NCBI GenBank assembly: GCA_934168355.1
Contig: CAKPNI010000005.1
Location: forward strand, 927-64,926
Length of the DNA stretch: 64,000 bases
From: an uncultured Clostridia bacterium
GTDB lineage: Bacteria > Bacillota > Clostridia > TANB77 > CAG-508
Reading direction: 5' to 3'
Shown: positions 30,367 to 39,117 of the stretch, piece after piece
Layout of the letters: every line of letters begins with the position of its first letter
How positions within the stretch are numbered: position 1 is the stretch's first letter
Notes under the pieces: model-generated
Seen by the model: the letters and a program-made list of their open reading frames with translations, nothing else
Told to the model about the DNA's origin: nothing
The model's database searches: none
Translations under genes and position numbers: made by a program

Positions 30367-30394
30367 CAGTATCTTTTGCAAGATACTGTTTTTT
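30367..30394. terminator. Bidirectional intrinsic terminator between convergent genes
   Basis: A6, then CAGTATCTT ttgc AAGATACTG, then T6. Confidence 0.75.
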
Positions 30395-30396
30395 GC

Positions 30397-30436
30397 ATTG
30401 GGGACGGTTCTTTTTGCGAAAAGAACCGTCCCCAAT
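30397..30436. repeat. Perfect palindromic repeat (18-bp arms)
   Basis: ATTGGGGACGGTTCTTTT TGCG AAAAGAACCGTCCCCAAT. Confidence 0.9.
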
Positions 30437-30445
30437 ACGAAAAAA

Positions 30446-31282
30446 TTATTTTTTAGAATTCTGCACAGCCCTAAATGTCTCATTAGTTCTATTAAAGAAT
30501 TGAGTCAAAGGCTCTTTCTTATCCATACTATCAATAACCTGAGCCACAAAATAAGACATATCAACACTATGGAACCAATCATAACTTGAAAACTCAGTAG
30601 GAATGTAAGAAAGGTTAGTGGTATAAAGAGAATCAAACAACCCTTTATCATGAGCTTCTAAAAACTTATCAAACCCCTCTGTAAATAAAGCAAAAGTACA
30701 AGTAATACAAATTTTATTAGCCCCCATTTCGCGTAATTTTTGTGAAACCTCAATTACAGAACCACCAGAAGCAATCATGTCATCAACAATTACAACATTC
30801 TTCCCTTTAACATCACTTCCCATGTAAGTATGAGCAACTACTGGATTTTTGCCATTTACAAGTTTACTTAAGTCACGTCTTTTGTAAAATACACCAACAT
30901 CACATCCTATAATTTCAGCATAGTAACGAGCTCTTTCCATTGCTCCAAAGTCAGGGCTTATTACTATAGAATTTTCGAAAATTGTTGGGTTATTTGAAGC
31001 CATTTCTTCTATAATCGTACTTGATGGGTAGAAGTTGTCAAAAGATAGACTAGGTGTTGCATTTATAACATTTGGGTCATGTGCATCAAATGTTACAATA
31101 CTTTTTACTCCTAATCTTTCAAGTTCCTGAAGTGCTATTGCACAATCTAGTGACTCTCTTCCTTTTCTGCGATGTTGTCTTGCTTGGTATAATAAAGGCA
31201 TAACGACAGTTACTTTAGTGCTATGTCCACAAGTTGCAGAAATTACTCTTTTTATATCTTGAAAATGCTCATCAGGCATCAT
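30446..31282 (-). CDS. prs: Ribose-phosphate pyrophosphokinase-like protein, main ORF (N-terminal part missing or displaced)
   Basis: PRPP-synthase motifs: MPLLYQARQHRR..RESLDCA, TFDAHDP, and the PRPP-binding loop VVIVDDMIASGGS. Confidence 0.75.
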   Translation of the reverse strand: MMPDEHFQDIKRVISATCGHSTKVTVVMPLLYQARQHRRKGRESLDCAIALQELERLGVKSIVTFDAHDPNVINATPSLSFDNFYPSSTIIEEMASNNPTIFENSIVISPDFGAMERARYYAEIIGCDVGVFYKRRDLSKLVNGKNPVVAHTYMGSDVKGKNVVIVDDMIASGGSVIEVSQKLREMGANKICITCTFALFTEGFDKFLEAHDKGLFDSLYTTNLSYIPTEFSSYDWFHSVDMSYFVAQVIDSMDKKEPLTQFFNRTNETFRAVQNSKK

Positions 31283-31392
31283 TTCATGGTCTTTTCCGTG
31301 GAATTTATAGGTAACTCCATATTTTGTTCAACTTTCTGTCCAAATTCTTTGCAATTATCTAATACTAGTAATGCTAAATCATTTTTTGACAT
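31279..31392 (-). other. N-terminal fragment of the prs-like gene in a different frame (own SD and ATG)
   Basis: ATG at 31392 follows a GAAGGAAAT SD. MSKNDLALLVLDNCKEFGQKVEQN... resembles the N-terminus of the long Prs family. It sits at -1 relative to the main ORF, whose own frame is open only from 31327. Confidence 0.5.
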
Positions 31393-31487
31393 ATTTATTT
31401 CCTTCTTAATAGGCTTAGCGTTTATTTTTAGCTAGCTATTCTTATTATATTTTGGGGTGCAGAAAAAGTCAAGCAATCATGAAAATT

Positions 31488-31516
31488 TTGACGAAAAATG
31501 ATATTTGTGTTATACT
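31488..31516 (+). promoter_or_regulatory. Sigma-A-type promoter of the foreign P-loop gene
   Basis: TTGACG, 17-nt spacer, TATACT, with a TGT extension. Confidence 0.5.
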
Positions 31517-31586
31517 GTTTTATGGTAGCAATGCAATCAGAAAATTGTGTTTTTTGCAATTTTCGAATGAAAAGGAGGTAAAATGC

Positions 31587-32333
31587 ATGCCTAAGAAAAT
31601 AGCAGAATTAAAAGAGATGAACTATAAAGAAGCATACAACTTCTTTATAAAAGAGTCTCGGGATGGTACGAGAGAGGCTGTAGAATATATCTACAAAGTG
31701 GCCAAAAAGTGTCATCCACAAGACATAAGGGGCGGTAGTGTACCAAAGGAAATCTATCAGGGAGGTTGGCTCATACTGATAGATGGTGAAACTTGCTCGG
31801 GAAAGACAAGAATTGCCAATGAAATTAAGGCTCGATATCCAGATACAGTTGAAGTTGTGGATATTGATGCCATCTGTCTGGATTTTATCCGGAAAGAAAT
31901 GGCAACATTTGAAGATAATTCAGAGGAACAGATCAATTTCCTCAAAAATGTCTTCGAATATGTTGACAAGTTCGTCTCCACGAACTTGGAGGCGATCGTT
32001 GCCCAAAAATCTGCCGGTGGCAGTAAATCCGTAATAGTGCCCAATGTATATTTAGATACGTTGAGCAGAGTTGTTACAGCAACGACTCTCGGAAAACACT
32101 TTGAAAAAAGTGCTTTCTTGACAGTACACGAGAGTTGGGAAACACTTATAAGTTTTTTCGAGAAACGGAAGAACTTATACCCGAAAGCAGATGAAGGGGT
32201 TATTGCTTTGCAAGTTTCAGAAGCAAAACGCCAATATGATGCCATGGAGGAAGTTCTTGCCGGAACCAAATATTATTTAGGTTTTGGTACAGATCTGTCG
32301 TTCATTGTAAATAAGGAGACTGATTTATATTAG
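31587..32333 (+). CDS. P-loop NTPase / kinase-like protein on a GC-rich, probably horizontally acquired insert
   Basis: AGGAGG SD 8 nt upstream of ATG 31587. Walker A GETCSGKT. Local GC is about 45-50%, against ~30% in the flanks. Contains three in-frame CGG codons. Confidence 0.7.
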   Translation: MPKKIAELKEMNYKEAYNFFIKESRDGTREAVEYIYKVAKKCHPQDIRGGSVPKEIYQGGWLILIDGETCSGKTRIANEIKARYPDTVEVVDIDAICLDFIRKEMATFEDNSEEQINFLKNVFEYVDKFVSTNLEAIVAQKSAGGSKSVIVPNVYLDTLSRVVTATTLGKHFEKSAFLTVHESWETLISFFEKRKNLYPKADEGVIALQVSEAKRQYDAMEEVLAGTKYYLGFGTDLSFIVNKETDLY

Positions 32334-32342
32334 GCCTTGAGA

Positions 32343-32389
32343 AGAACCTTATTGCATATTGTAAATATGTGCAACAAGGTTCTTTTTTT
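32343..32389 (+). terminator. Intrinsic terminator of the foreign gene
   Basis: 14-bp stem AGAACCTTATTGCA/TGCAACAAGGTTCT (1 mismatch) followed by T6. Confidence 0.7.
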
Positions 32390-32489
32390 ATATATGTGAA
32401 GGCAAAATTTATATAAAAATTCACGAAAATAGGTTGCGAAAACCAAAAAATTGATATAAAATAAGCAAAAAAGGAAAGAAGGTATTTTT

Positions 32490-33800
32490 ATGGAACTAAA
32501 GATTGATTTTGAAAAAGTAGGGATAGATAAAAAAGAAATAATGAAACATAAAGAACAAGTAGAAAATATACATAAAGACTTACATAGAAGAGCATCAAAA
32601 GAAGACGATTTTGTAGGATGGTTAGAATTACCATCAAACTATGACAAAAAAGAATTCAAAAGAATACAAACAGCGGCAAAAAGAATAAACAAAGACTCAG
32701 ACATATTACTAGTAATAGGAATAGGAGGCTCATATTTAGGTGCAAGAGCAGTAATAGAAGCACTAAGTAGTTCATTTTACAACATGCAAACACTAAAACA
32801 AAGAAAACACACATTGGTACTATTTGCAGGAAACAATCTAAGTCCAAATTACATAAATGACTTAATAGAGGTAATAGGAGATAAAGATTTCTCAATAAAT
32901 GTTATATCTAAATCAGGAACAACAACAGAACCTGCAATAGCATTTAGGATATTCAGAGAAATACTAGAAAACAAATATGGAATAGATGAAGCAAGAAGCA
33001 GAATATATGTAACAACAGACAAAGAAAAAGGGGCACTAAAAAAATTATCAGAAGAAGAAGGATATGAAACATTTGTAATTCCAGACAATGTAGGTGGAAG
33101 ATTTTCAGTACTTACACCAGTCGGATTACTTCCAATAGCAGTTTCGGGAATAGATATAGAAAAATTGATGAAGGGTGCAAAACTTGCTCAAGATAACTAT
33201 AATGACGAAAAATTAAAATACAATGAATGCTATCAATATGCAGTAATAAGAAACCTTTTATATCAAGATGGAAAAACAACGGAAGTATTTGCAAACTATG
33301 AGCCAAAAATGCACTATATGACAGAATGGTTAAAACAACTATTTGGAGAAAGTGAGGGCAAAGAAGAAGAAGGAATATTCCCAGCAGGAATAGACTTAAC
33401 AACAGATTTACACTCAATGGGACAATATATGCAACAAGGTTTAAGAAATCTATTTGAAACAGTACTAAGTATAGAAAGTCCAAAATCAAATATCACAATA
33501 AATTCAGATGATGATAACCTAGATGGATTAAACTACTTAGCAGGAAAAGACCTAGACTATGTAAATAAAAAAGCAATGGAAGGAACAATAGAAGCACATG
33601 TATCAGGTGGGGTCCCAAATATAATATTTAAGATGGAAAAATTAGATGAAGAAAACTTAGGAGGATTAATATATTTCTTTGAACTAGCATGTGCTATGTC
33701 TGGAAGCATATTAAAAGTAAATCCATTTAATCAACCGGGAGTTGAAGAATATAAGAAAAATATGTTCAGATTACTAGAAAAACCGGGATATACAAAATAA
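32490..33800 (+). CDS. pgi: Glucose-6-phosphate isomerase (short bacterial type)
   Basis: 436 aa with [24 protein letters not shown] and GESEGK motifs. Confidence 0.9.
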   Translation: MELKIDFEKVGIDKKEIMKHKEQVENIHKDLHRRASKEDDFVGWLELPSNYDKKEFKRIQTAAKRINKDSDILLVIGIGGSYLGARAVIEALSSSFYNMQTLKQRKHTLVLFAGNNLSPNYINDLIEVIGDKDFSINVISKSGTTTEPAIAFRIFREILENKYGIDEARSRIYVTTDKEKGALKKLSEEEGYETFVIPDNVGGRFSVLTPVGLLPIAVSGIDIEKLMKGAKLAQDNYNDEKLKYNECYQYAVIRNLLYQDGKTTEVFANYEPKMHYMTEWLKQLFGESEGKEEEGIFPAGIDLTTDLHSMGQYMQQGLRNLFETVLSIESPKSNITINSDDDNLDGLNYLAGKDLDYVNKKAMEGTIEAHVSGGVPNIIFKMEKLDEENLGGLIYFFELACAMSGSILKVNPFNQPGVEEYKKNMFRLLEKPGYTK

Positions 33801-33824
33801 TTTTATACAAAAAGAGGTAATTTA

Positions 33825-34550
33825 ATGAAATTTGAAAGAGAATATTATGTAGGAATAAAAGACATAGGACTAGATGGCAAACTGTCAAATTATGGAATGT
33901 TAAGCATTTTAGAAGAGATAGCAAGTTCACATTCAGACACAGTTGGATATGGTGTAAATGATATTGATAAAAGAAAAAAAGTATGGCTATTAATGGATTG
34001 GAAATTGCAAATTTTAGAAAGAGCGAACTATGAAAGCAAAATAAAAGTAAAAACATGGGCAAGACCAATTACCAAAAGACCATTTTCAACATATCGTGAT
34101 TTCGAAGTTTTTAATGGAGAAAAAAGAATAGCTATTGCAACATCAAAATGGATTTTGTTTGACTTAGAAACAAATAAAATCGCTAAAATAACAGATGACA
34201 TAATAGATTTGTATAAGCCAGAAGACGAGAAAGTATTTGAAAAAGACGAAATTGACAAGCTAAAAGAAACGGAAAACTTGGACAAATATATAAACTATGA
34301 GGTAAAAAGAGCAGACATAGATGTAAATAAACATATGCACAATTTAAATTACTTAAAATTAGCATATGAAGCTTTGCCAGAAGAAGTATATTATTCGAAA
34401 GAAAAAAGCAATGTAAGAATAATGTATAAACATCAAATATTACTAGGAGATAAAGTAAAATGCTATTATAATAACATAGAAAACAAAGACATAATAACAG
34501 TAAAAAGCCAAGATGACAGCATTTTACATGCAATGATTGAATTAAGCTAA
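33825..34550 (+). CDS. Acyl-ACP thioesterase
   Basis: 241 aa with a double hotdog layout. FatA/B-like motifs: DIGLDGKLS, WLLMDWK, DIDVNKHMHN. Confidence 0.75.
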   Translation: MKFEREYYVGIKDIGLDGKLSNYGMLSILEEIASSHSDTVGYGVNDIDKRKKVWLLMDWKLQILERANYESKIKVKTWARPITKRPFSTYRDFEVFNGEKRIAIATSKWILFDLETNKIAKITDDIIDLYKPEDEKVFEKDEIDKLKETENLDKYINYEVKRADIDVNKHMHNLNYLKLAYEALPEEVYYSKEKSNVRIMYKHQILLGDKVKCYYNNIENKDIITVKSQDDSILHAMIELS

Positions 34551-34556
34551 AAAGGG

Positions 34557-35645
34557 GTGAAGCAAAAATTGAGACAGAAAAATGAAGACAAAATAACAAA
34601 TATTTTAAAGAAAATAGCTCCGGGAACACCAATAAGAGACGGACTAGAAAATATTTTAAAAGCAAGAACAGGAGCTTTATTACTTTTTACGGATAACGAA
34701 GAATACATAAAACAATTAGTTGATGGAGGATTCTTCATAAACGAAGATTATACATCATCAAAATTATACGAATTAGCAAAAATGGATGGAGCAATAGTAT
34801 TAAGTGCAGATATGAAAAAAATATTATTTGCAAATGCAGAGCTTATTCCATCAAGTGATATACCAACTGTTGAAACAGGAACAAGGCATAGAACTGCAGA
34901 AAGGACAGCAAAACAAACAGGGGAGCTTGTAATAAGTATTTCACAAAGAAGAAATATAATTACTATATTTATTGATAATGAAAGATACATATTAGAAGAC
35001 ACAGAAGTCGTACTAAATAAGGCAAATCAAGCAATTCAGACATTAGAAAAATACAAAAAAGTATTTGACAGTAAACTTAATATTTTAAATGAATACGAGT
35101 TTAATGATATAGTAACTTTGGAAAATGTCTTAAGTGTCTTACAAAGAGCAGAAATGGTTATGCAAATTGTAGGTGAAATTGAAAAACAAATTGCAGAACT
35201 TGGTGATGATGGAAGATTAGTAGACATGCAACTTGAGCAGTTAATGGGTGGAATTGAAAAAGAAGAAGAATTAATAGTAAAAGATTATTCTTTAGTTGAA
35301 GATAAGACACCAAAAGAAATTTTAGAAGAAATTGCAAATCTATCTTATGAAGATTTGTTAAAAGAACAGAATATTGCAAAAATCCTAGGTTATGACATAT
35401 TTTCAGATTTTGATGAAGCATATGTTTATACAAGAGGATATAGAATATTAAGCAAAATCCCAAGAATGCCAGCTTCAATTGTAGACAATTTGGCAAAAAG
35501 TTTTAAATCTTTGCAACATATTATTGATGCTACAATAGAAGAACTTGACAATGTAGAGGGAATTGGAGAGGTAAGAGCTAGAAATATTAAATCATCTTTG
35601 AAGAGAATGCAAGAACAATTTGTATTTGACAATATAATAAATTAA
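34557..35645 (+). CDS. disA: DNA integrity scanning protein DisA (diadenylate cyclase)
   Basis: LKKIAPGTPIRDGLENILKARTGALL, the DAC motifs DGAIVLS and TGTRHRTAER, and a C-terminal HhH (VEGIGEVRARNI). The start is GTG 34557 or TTG 34569. Confidence 0.9.
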   Translation: MKQKLRQKNEDKITNILKKIAPGTPIRDGLENILKARTGALLLFTDNEEYIKQLVDGGFFINEDYTSSKLYELAKMDGAIVLSADMKKILFANAELIPSSDIPTVETGTRHRTAERTAKQTGELVISISQRRNIITIFIDNERYILEDTEVVLNKANQAIQTLEKYKKVFDSKLNILNEYEFNDIVTLENVLSVLQRAEMVMQIVGEIEKQIAELGDDGRLVDMQLEQLMGGIEKEEELIVKDYSLVEDKTPKEILEEIANLSYEDLLKEQNIAKILGYDIFSDFDEAYVYTRGYRILSKIPRMPASIVDNLAKSFKSLQHIIDATIEELDNVEGIGEVRARNIKSSLKRMQEQFVFDNIIN

Positions 35646-35680
35646 GTGTAAAATGTGAAAGAAATTTTGAAATTTCGAAT

Positions 35681-35717
35681 TGGGGACGGTTCTTTTTTCA
35701 AAAAGGAACCGTCCCCA
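35681..35717. repeat. Palindromic repeat (18-bp arms, 1 mismatch)
   Basis: TGGGGACGGTTCTTTTTT C AAAAAGGAACCGTCCCCA, directly 5' of the GAGGAGG SD. Confidence 0.9.
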
Positions 35718-35739
35718 TTTCAAAAAGAGGAGGAAGAAA

Positions 35740-36576
35740 ATGAAAAAAGCACAAAACATAATATGCATAATAGCATTAATATTAATAATCGTAATCTTAG
35801 GAGGATTATGTTACGGTTATTACAAAAAACAAACATTAAACATATCAAATCCAATAGTAACAATGGAAGTAGAAAACTATGGAACAATAAAAATAGAGCT
35901 ATATCCAGACCAAGCGCCAGAAACAGTAAGTAACTTTATAAAATTAGCAAATAACGGATTTTATAATGGATTAAAATTCCATAGAATAGTAAAAGACTTC
36001 ATGATACAAGGTGGAGATCCATCAGGAGATGGTACAGGTTCACCAAAACTTTCAGACTTATATAATAATGATGATGAAAATGCTACATACAAATATTCAG
36101 ATGGAACAGATGCAAAAGGTTCTGACAATTATTCTATTACAGGTGAATTTGTAGCAAATGGATATGATAAAAACACTTTAAATTTAACAGAGGGCACAAT
36201 TGCAATGGCAAGAAGTGATTATACCTCATATTCTCCAACATTAGCTACTGAATCTTATAATTCTGGAAGTTCACAATTTTTCATTATGACATCAAATGAC
36301 CATACAAATTTAAGCGGATATTATGCTGGATTTGGTAAAGTAATAGAGGGAATGGATGTTGTTAAAGAAATTTCAAATGTTGAATGTAAAGCAAAAGAGA
36401 ATAGTGATGGGGAAAGTTCGGGAACATCAGAAATATCAACACCTGTAAATGATGTTAAAATTACATCAGTATCTGTAGAAACAAATGGTGTAGATTATGG
36501 TATGCCAAAAACTTTGAAACCATTTAATTATATGCAATGGTTATATGCTCAATATGGATTAACATATAATAAATAA
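35740..36576 (+). CDS. Membrane-anchored cyclophilin-type peptidyl-prolyl isomerase with inserts
   Basis: N-terminal TM segment, then the cyclophilin motifs FHRIVKDFMIQGGDP and SQFFIM. ATG at 35740 follows a GAGGAGG SD. Confidence 0.85.
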   Translation: MKKAQNIICIIALILIIVILGGLCYGYYKKQTLNISNPIVTMEVENYGTIKIELYPDQAPETVSNFIKLANNGFYNGLKFHRIVKDFMIQGGDPSGDGTGSPKLSDLYNNDDENATYKYSDGTDAKGSDNYSITGEFVANGYDKNTLNLTEGTIAMARSDYTSYSPTLATESYNSGSSQFFIMTSNDHTNLSGYYAGFGKVIEGMDVVKEISNVECKAKENSDGESSGTSEISTPVNDVKITSVSVETNGVDYGMPKTLKPFNYMQWLYAQYGLTYNK

Positions 36577-36580
36577 AAAT

Positions 36581-36614
36581 AAAGACAAAAAGAAGTAAAA
36601 TTCTTTTTGTCTTT
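36581..36614. terminator. Bidirectional terminator between the PPIase (+) and crp-like (-) genes
   Basis: Perfect 14-bp stem AAAGACAAAAAGAA/TTCTTTTTGTCTTT with A/T runs on both sides. Confidence 0.75.
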
Positions 36615-36617
36615 ATT

Positions 36618-37251
36618 TTATGAGATAAGTATTGTAAATGTATTTCCTTTTTTTTTGATAAATCCTTCTTCTTTTAAATGTGATAACTCCCTCATCATAG
36701 CACTTCTGTCAACACTTAAATAATCTGCCAAATCTGTCAAAGAGAAGGGAAGTGTAAATGTTTTGCTAAGAGTTCTTGTAGACAGTAAATTAAAGTAAGT
36801 AAGTAATTTATCTCTGATATTTTTTTTAGTTAAAAGTTCAATTCTGGTATTTAATTTTATAGTATTATTCATAATCAAAATAGGTAAGTTCCTTTCTAAT
36901 TTTTCATGAAATTTGCATTTGGAATTACATTCTTTCATAATATTATCATAAATAAAGCTTAAAATTTCACAATTTTCTTTGGCTTCTACAAATAGCTCAT
37001 TATTAGTATTTGTAGGATATAAAACCTCTCCAAAAATATCATATTGGGTAAATTGAAAAATTATTGTCTTATTACCATTAAAATCATATCTTATCAAATT
37101 AGCGGTACCGAGTAAGTAAAATGCACATTTGATTTCTTTTTTCTATATATGTTGTAATTACTTCTCCTTTTTTAAATGAACGCTTTGTTACTTTATTGCA
37201 ACTATTACTAAAGTCTTCAAAAAAAGTTGAAGAATTAAAATCTACTATCAT
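36618..37251 (-). CDS. Crp/Fnr-family transcriptional regulator, split; continuous with a +1 shift at CGG (complement 37108..37110)
   Basis: The C-terminal HTH is TLPFSLTDLADYLSVDRSAMMRELSHLKEEG. The ATG at 37251 opens a 47-codon ORF (MIVDF...KKGEVITTYIEKRNQMCILLT) that ends CGG TAC CGC TAA. Skipping the C gives ...ILLT-GTANLIRYDFNGNKTII..., in frame with ORF 36618..37097. Total ~210 aa. Confidence 0.75.
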
Positions 37252-37582
37252 TTTAAATCACCTTTCTAAGAAAATATATCATAAAAATGTTGCATTTGCA
37301 ACAGAAAACAAAAATATTACAAGAATATTACGGAAGTATTACAAAAATATTAATAGAAGATAACATTTTAATGACATTTAAGAAAAATGTTAAAAAAATG
37401 TCGAATAATGTTATAATAGACTGAAATAATGAATAGGAAGAGTCAATCACGAGAAACATAAGAGCTTTAGGACTACTAATATTGATAGAAATTAATAAAA
37501 AAGTAGCATTTTAAATTTGTTTATGATATACTATAGCCTAGATTGAGTAATAAGAACATTACAAAGCCAAAGGAGGCAGAAA

Positions 37583-39070
37583 TTGAAAGTAATAAAAAGA
37601 GATGGAAGAGTAGTAGACTATGATAGAAATAAAATTTTAATTGCGATTGAAAAAGCCAATAATGAAGTATTAGATGATAAAGAAAAAGCAAACAAAGAAG
37701 ATATAAAAATAATAACAGGCTATATAGAAAAAATAGATAAAAAACGAATTTTGGTTGAAGATATGCAAGATATAATAGAACAAAAATTAATGGAAATAGG
37801 AAAATATGAGCTTGCAAAAAAATATATTGTATATAGATACACAAGAGCGTTAGTTAGAAAAAGCAATACTACAGATGAAACTATACTTGGTTTAATAAGA
37901 CATCAAAATAGAATAAATGAAGAAAATTCAAAAGATATCTTACAAGCTTCTATGCAAAGAGATTATATAGCAGGTGAGGTCTCAAGGGATCTTACCAAAA
38001 GACTATTATTACCAGAAAAAATATCTAAGGCAAATGAAGATGGAATTTTATATTTTCATAATGCAGATTATTTTATACAACCAATTATAAATTATTGTGT
38101 TACATCTGTAAAAGATATGTTATATAATGGAACGACAATGAATGATGAGCCAATAGATGTACCAAAAACATTTGAAAAAGCTTGCAATATTTTAACACAA
38201 ATTATTGCACAAGTTGGAAGCAATATATATGGAAAACAATATATAGATTTAAGTTGTTTGGGAAAATTTTTAAGAGTAAGTAAAGAAAATTACAAAAATG
38301 AATTTAAAGACAAAATAAATTCTAATTTGTTGGAAAATGAAATAAATAATTATGAGGAAAATCAACTAGAAGAGGGAATAAAAACAATAAAATATCAGCT
38401 GAGAACATTAAATACAAAGGGGGGAAAAAGCCAAAATGTTGTAATATACTTAGACTTAAATCAAGAAAAAGAATACTTAGAAGAAAATTTAAAAATTAAA
38501 GAAGAAATACTAAAGCAAATGCCAAAAGACATAAGTGAAGAAAAATACAAATTTCGTGGAAAGTTTAATCAGGGAATTGTAAGTATAAATTTACCACAAA
38601 TAGCATTAGCTTCTGATGAAAATGAGAAAAATTTTTACCGAATCTTAGATGATAGATTAGAACTATGTAAAGAAGCGCTAATGTGTAGGCATTACCAACT
38701 ACTTGGAACTGTTTCAGATGTAAGCCCAATACTTTGGCAAAATGGTGGAATTGCAAGACTAAAAACAGGAGAGAAAATAGACAAATTATTATACAGTAAA
38801 TACTCAAATTTATCATTAGGTTATATAGGGACAAATGAAATGGCGGAATTATTAAAAAAGGAAAGTTCAATAGAAGAAAAAAACAAATTTATAATTAGTG
38901 TTATAAAAATTATGAAAGAAACAATAGAAAAATGGAAAAAAGAAACTAACATAGACTTTGTCTTAGACGGTCATCCGCCTGAAAATGTTGGCTATAAATT
39001 TGCGGCTAAAGACAAAGAAAGGTATGGAATTATCAAAAATGTAACAGATAAAGGTTACTACACAAATTAA
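37583..39070 (+). CDS. nrdD: Anaerobic ribonucleotide reductase NrdD-like protein, apparently 3'-truncated (no glycyl-radical domain)
   Basis: N-terminal ATP-cone (MKVIKRDGRVVDYDRNKI). The class III core ends at ...DKGYYTN followed by a stop. The expected SFH..., Cys cluster and RVCGY region are absent and pfkA starts 48 nt later. TTG start with an AGGAGG SD. Confidence 0.6.
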   Translation: MKVIKRDGRVVDYDRNKILIAIEKANNEVLDDKEKANKEDIKIITGYIEKIDKKRILVEDMQDIIEQKLMEIGKYELAKKYIVYRYTRALVRKSNTTDETILGLIRHQNRINEENSKDILQASMQRDYIAGEVSRDLTKRLLLPEKISKANEDGILYFHNADYFIQPIINYCVTSVKDMLYNGTTMNDEPIDVPKTFEKACNILTQIIAQVGSNIYGKQYIDLSCLGKFLRVSKENYKNEFKDKINSNLLENEINNYEENQLEEGIKTIKYQLRTLNTKGGKSQNVVIYLDLNQEKEYLEENLKIKEEILKQMPKDISEEKYKFRGKFNQGIVSINLPQIALASDENEKNFYRILDDRLELCKEALMCRHYQLLGTVSDVSPILWQNGGIARLKTGEKIDKLLYSKYSNLSLGYIGTNEMAELLKKESSIEEKNKFIISVIKIMKETIEKWKKETNIDFVLDGHPPENVGYKFAAKDKERYGIIKNVTDKGYYTN

Positions 39071-39117
39071 TATAAATTGCATAATAAATATGCTTTAAAT
39101 GAAAGGAAGGATAACAA

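Noticed and set aside
30226-30589. Small + strand ORFs 30226..30456 and 30353..30589, plus 31223..31435, 35655..35933, 53115..53306 and 56169..56357.
   Set aside because: They are out-of-frame overlaps with real genes or run through terminators and repeats. None has an SD or any motif.
31283-31330. A CGG-type +1 site that might join the two prs fragments. A CGG lies at complement 31296..31298 in the third frame.
   Set aside because: The frame containing that CGG has a TAA three codons upstream and is not the frame of the N-terminal fragment. The required change is -1, not +1.
37261-37582. A riboswitch or NrdR box in the 320-nt leader upstream of the nrdD-like gene.
   Set aside because: I could not find a B12-box (GCCACTG-like) or a convincing pair of NrdR boxes. 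There are only AT-rich sequence and a weak TATGATATACTATAG palindrome-like stretch, which is insufficient to call.
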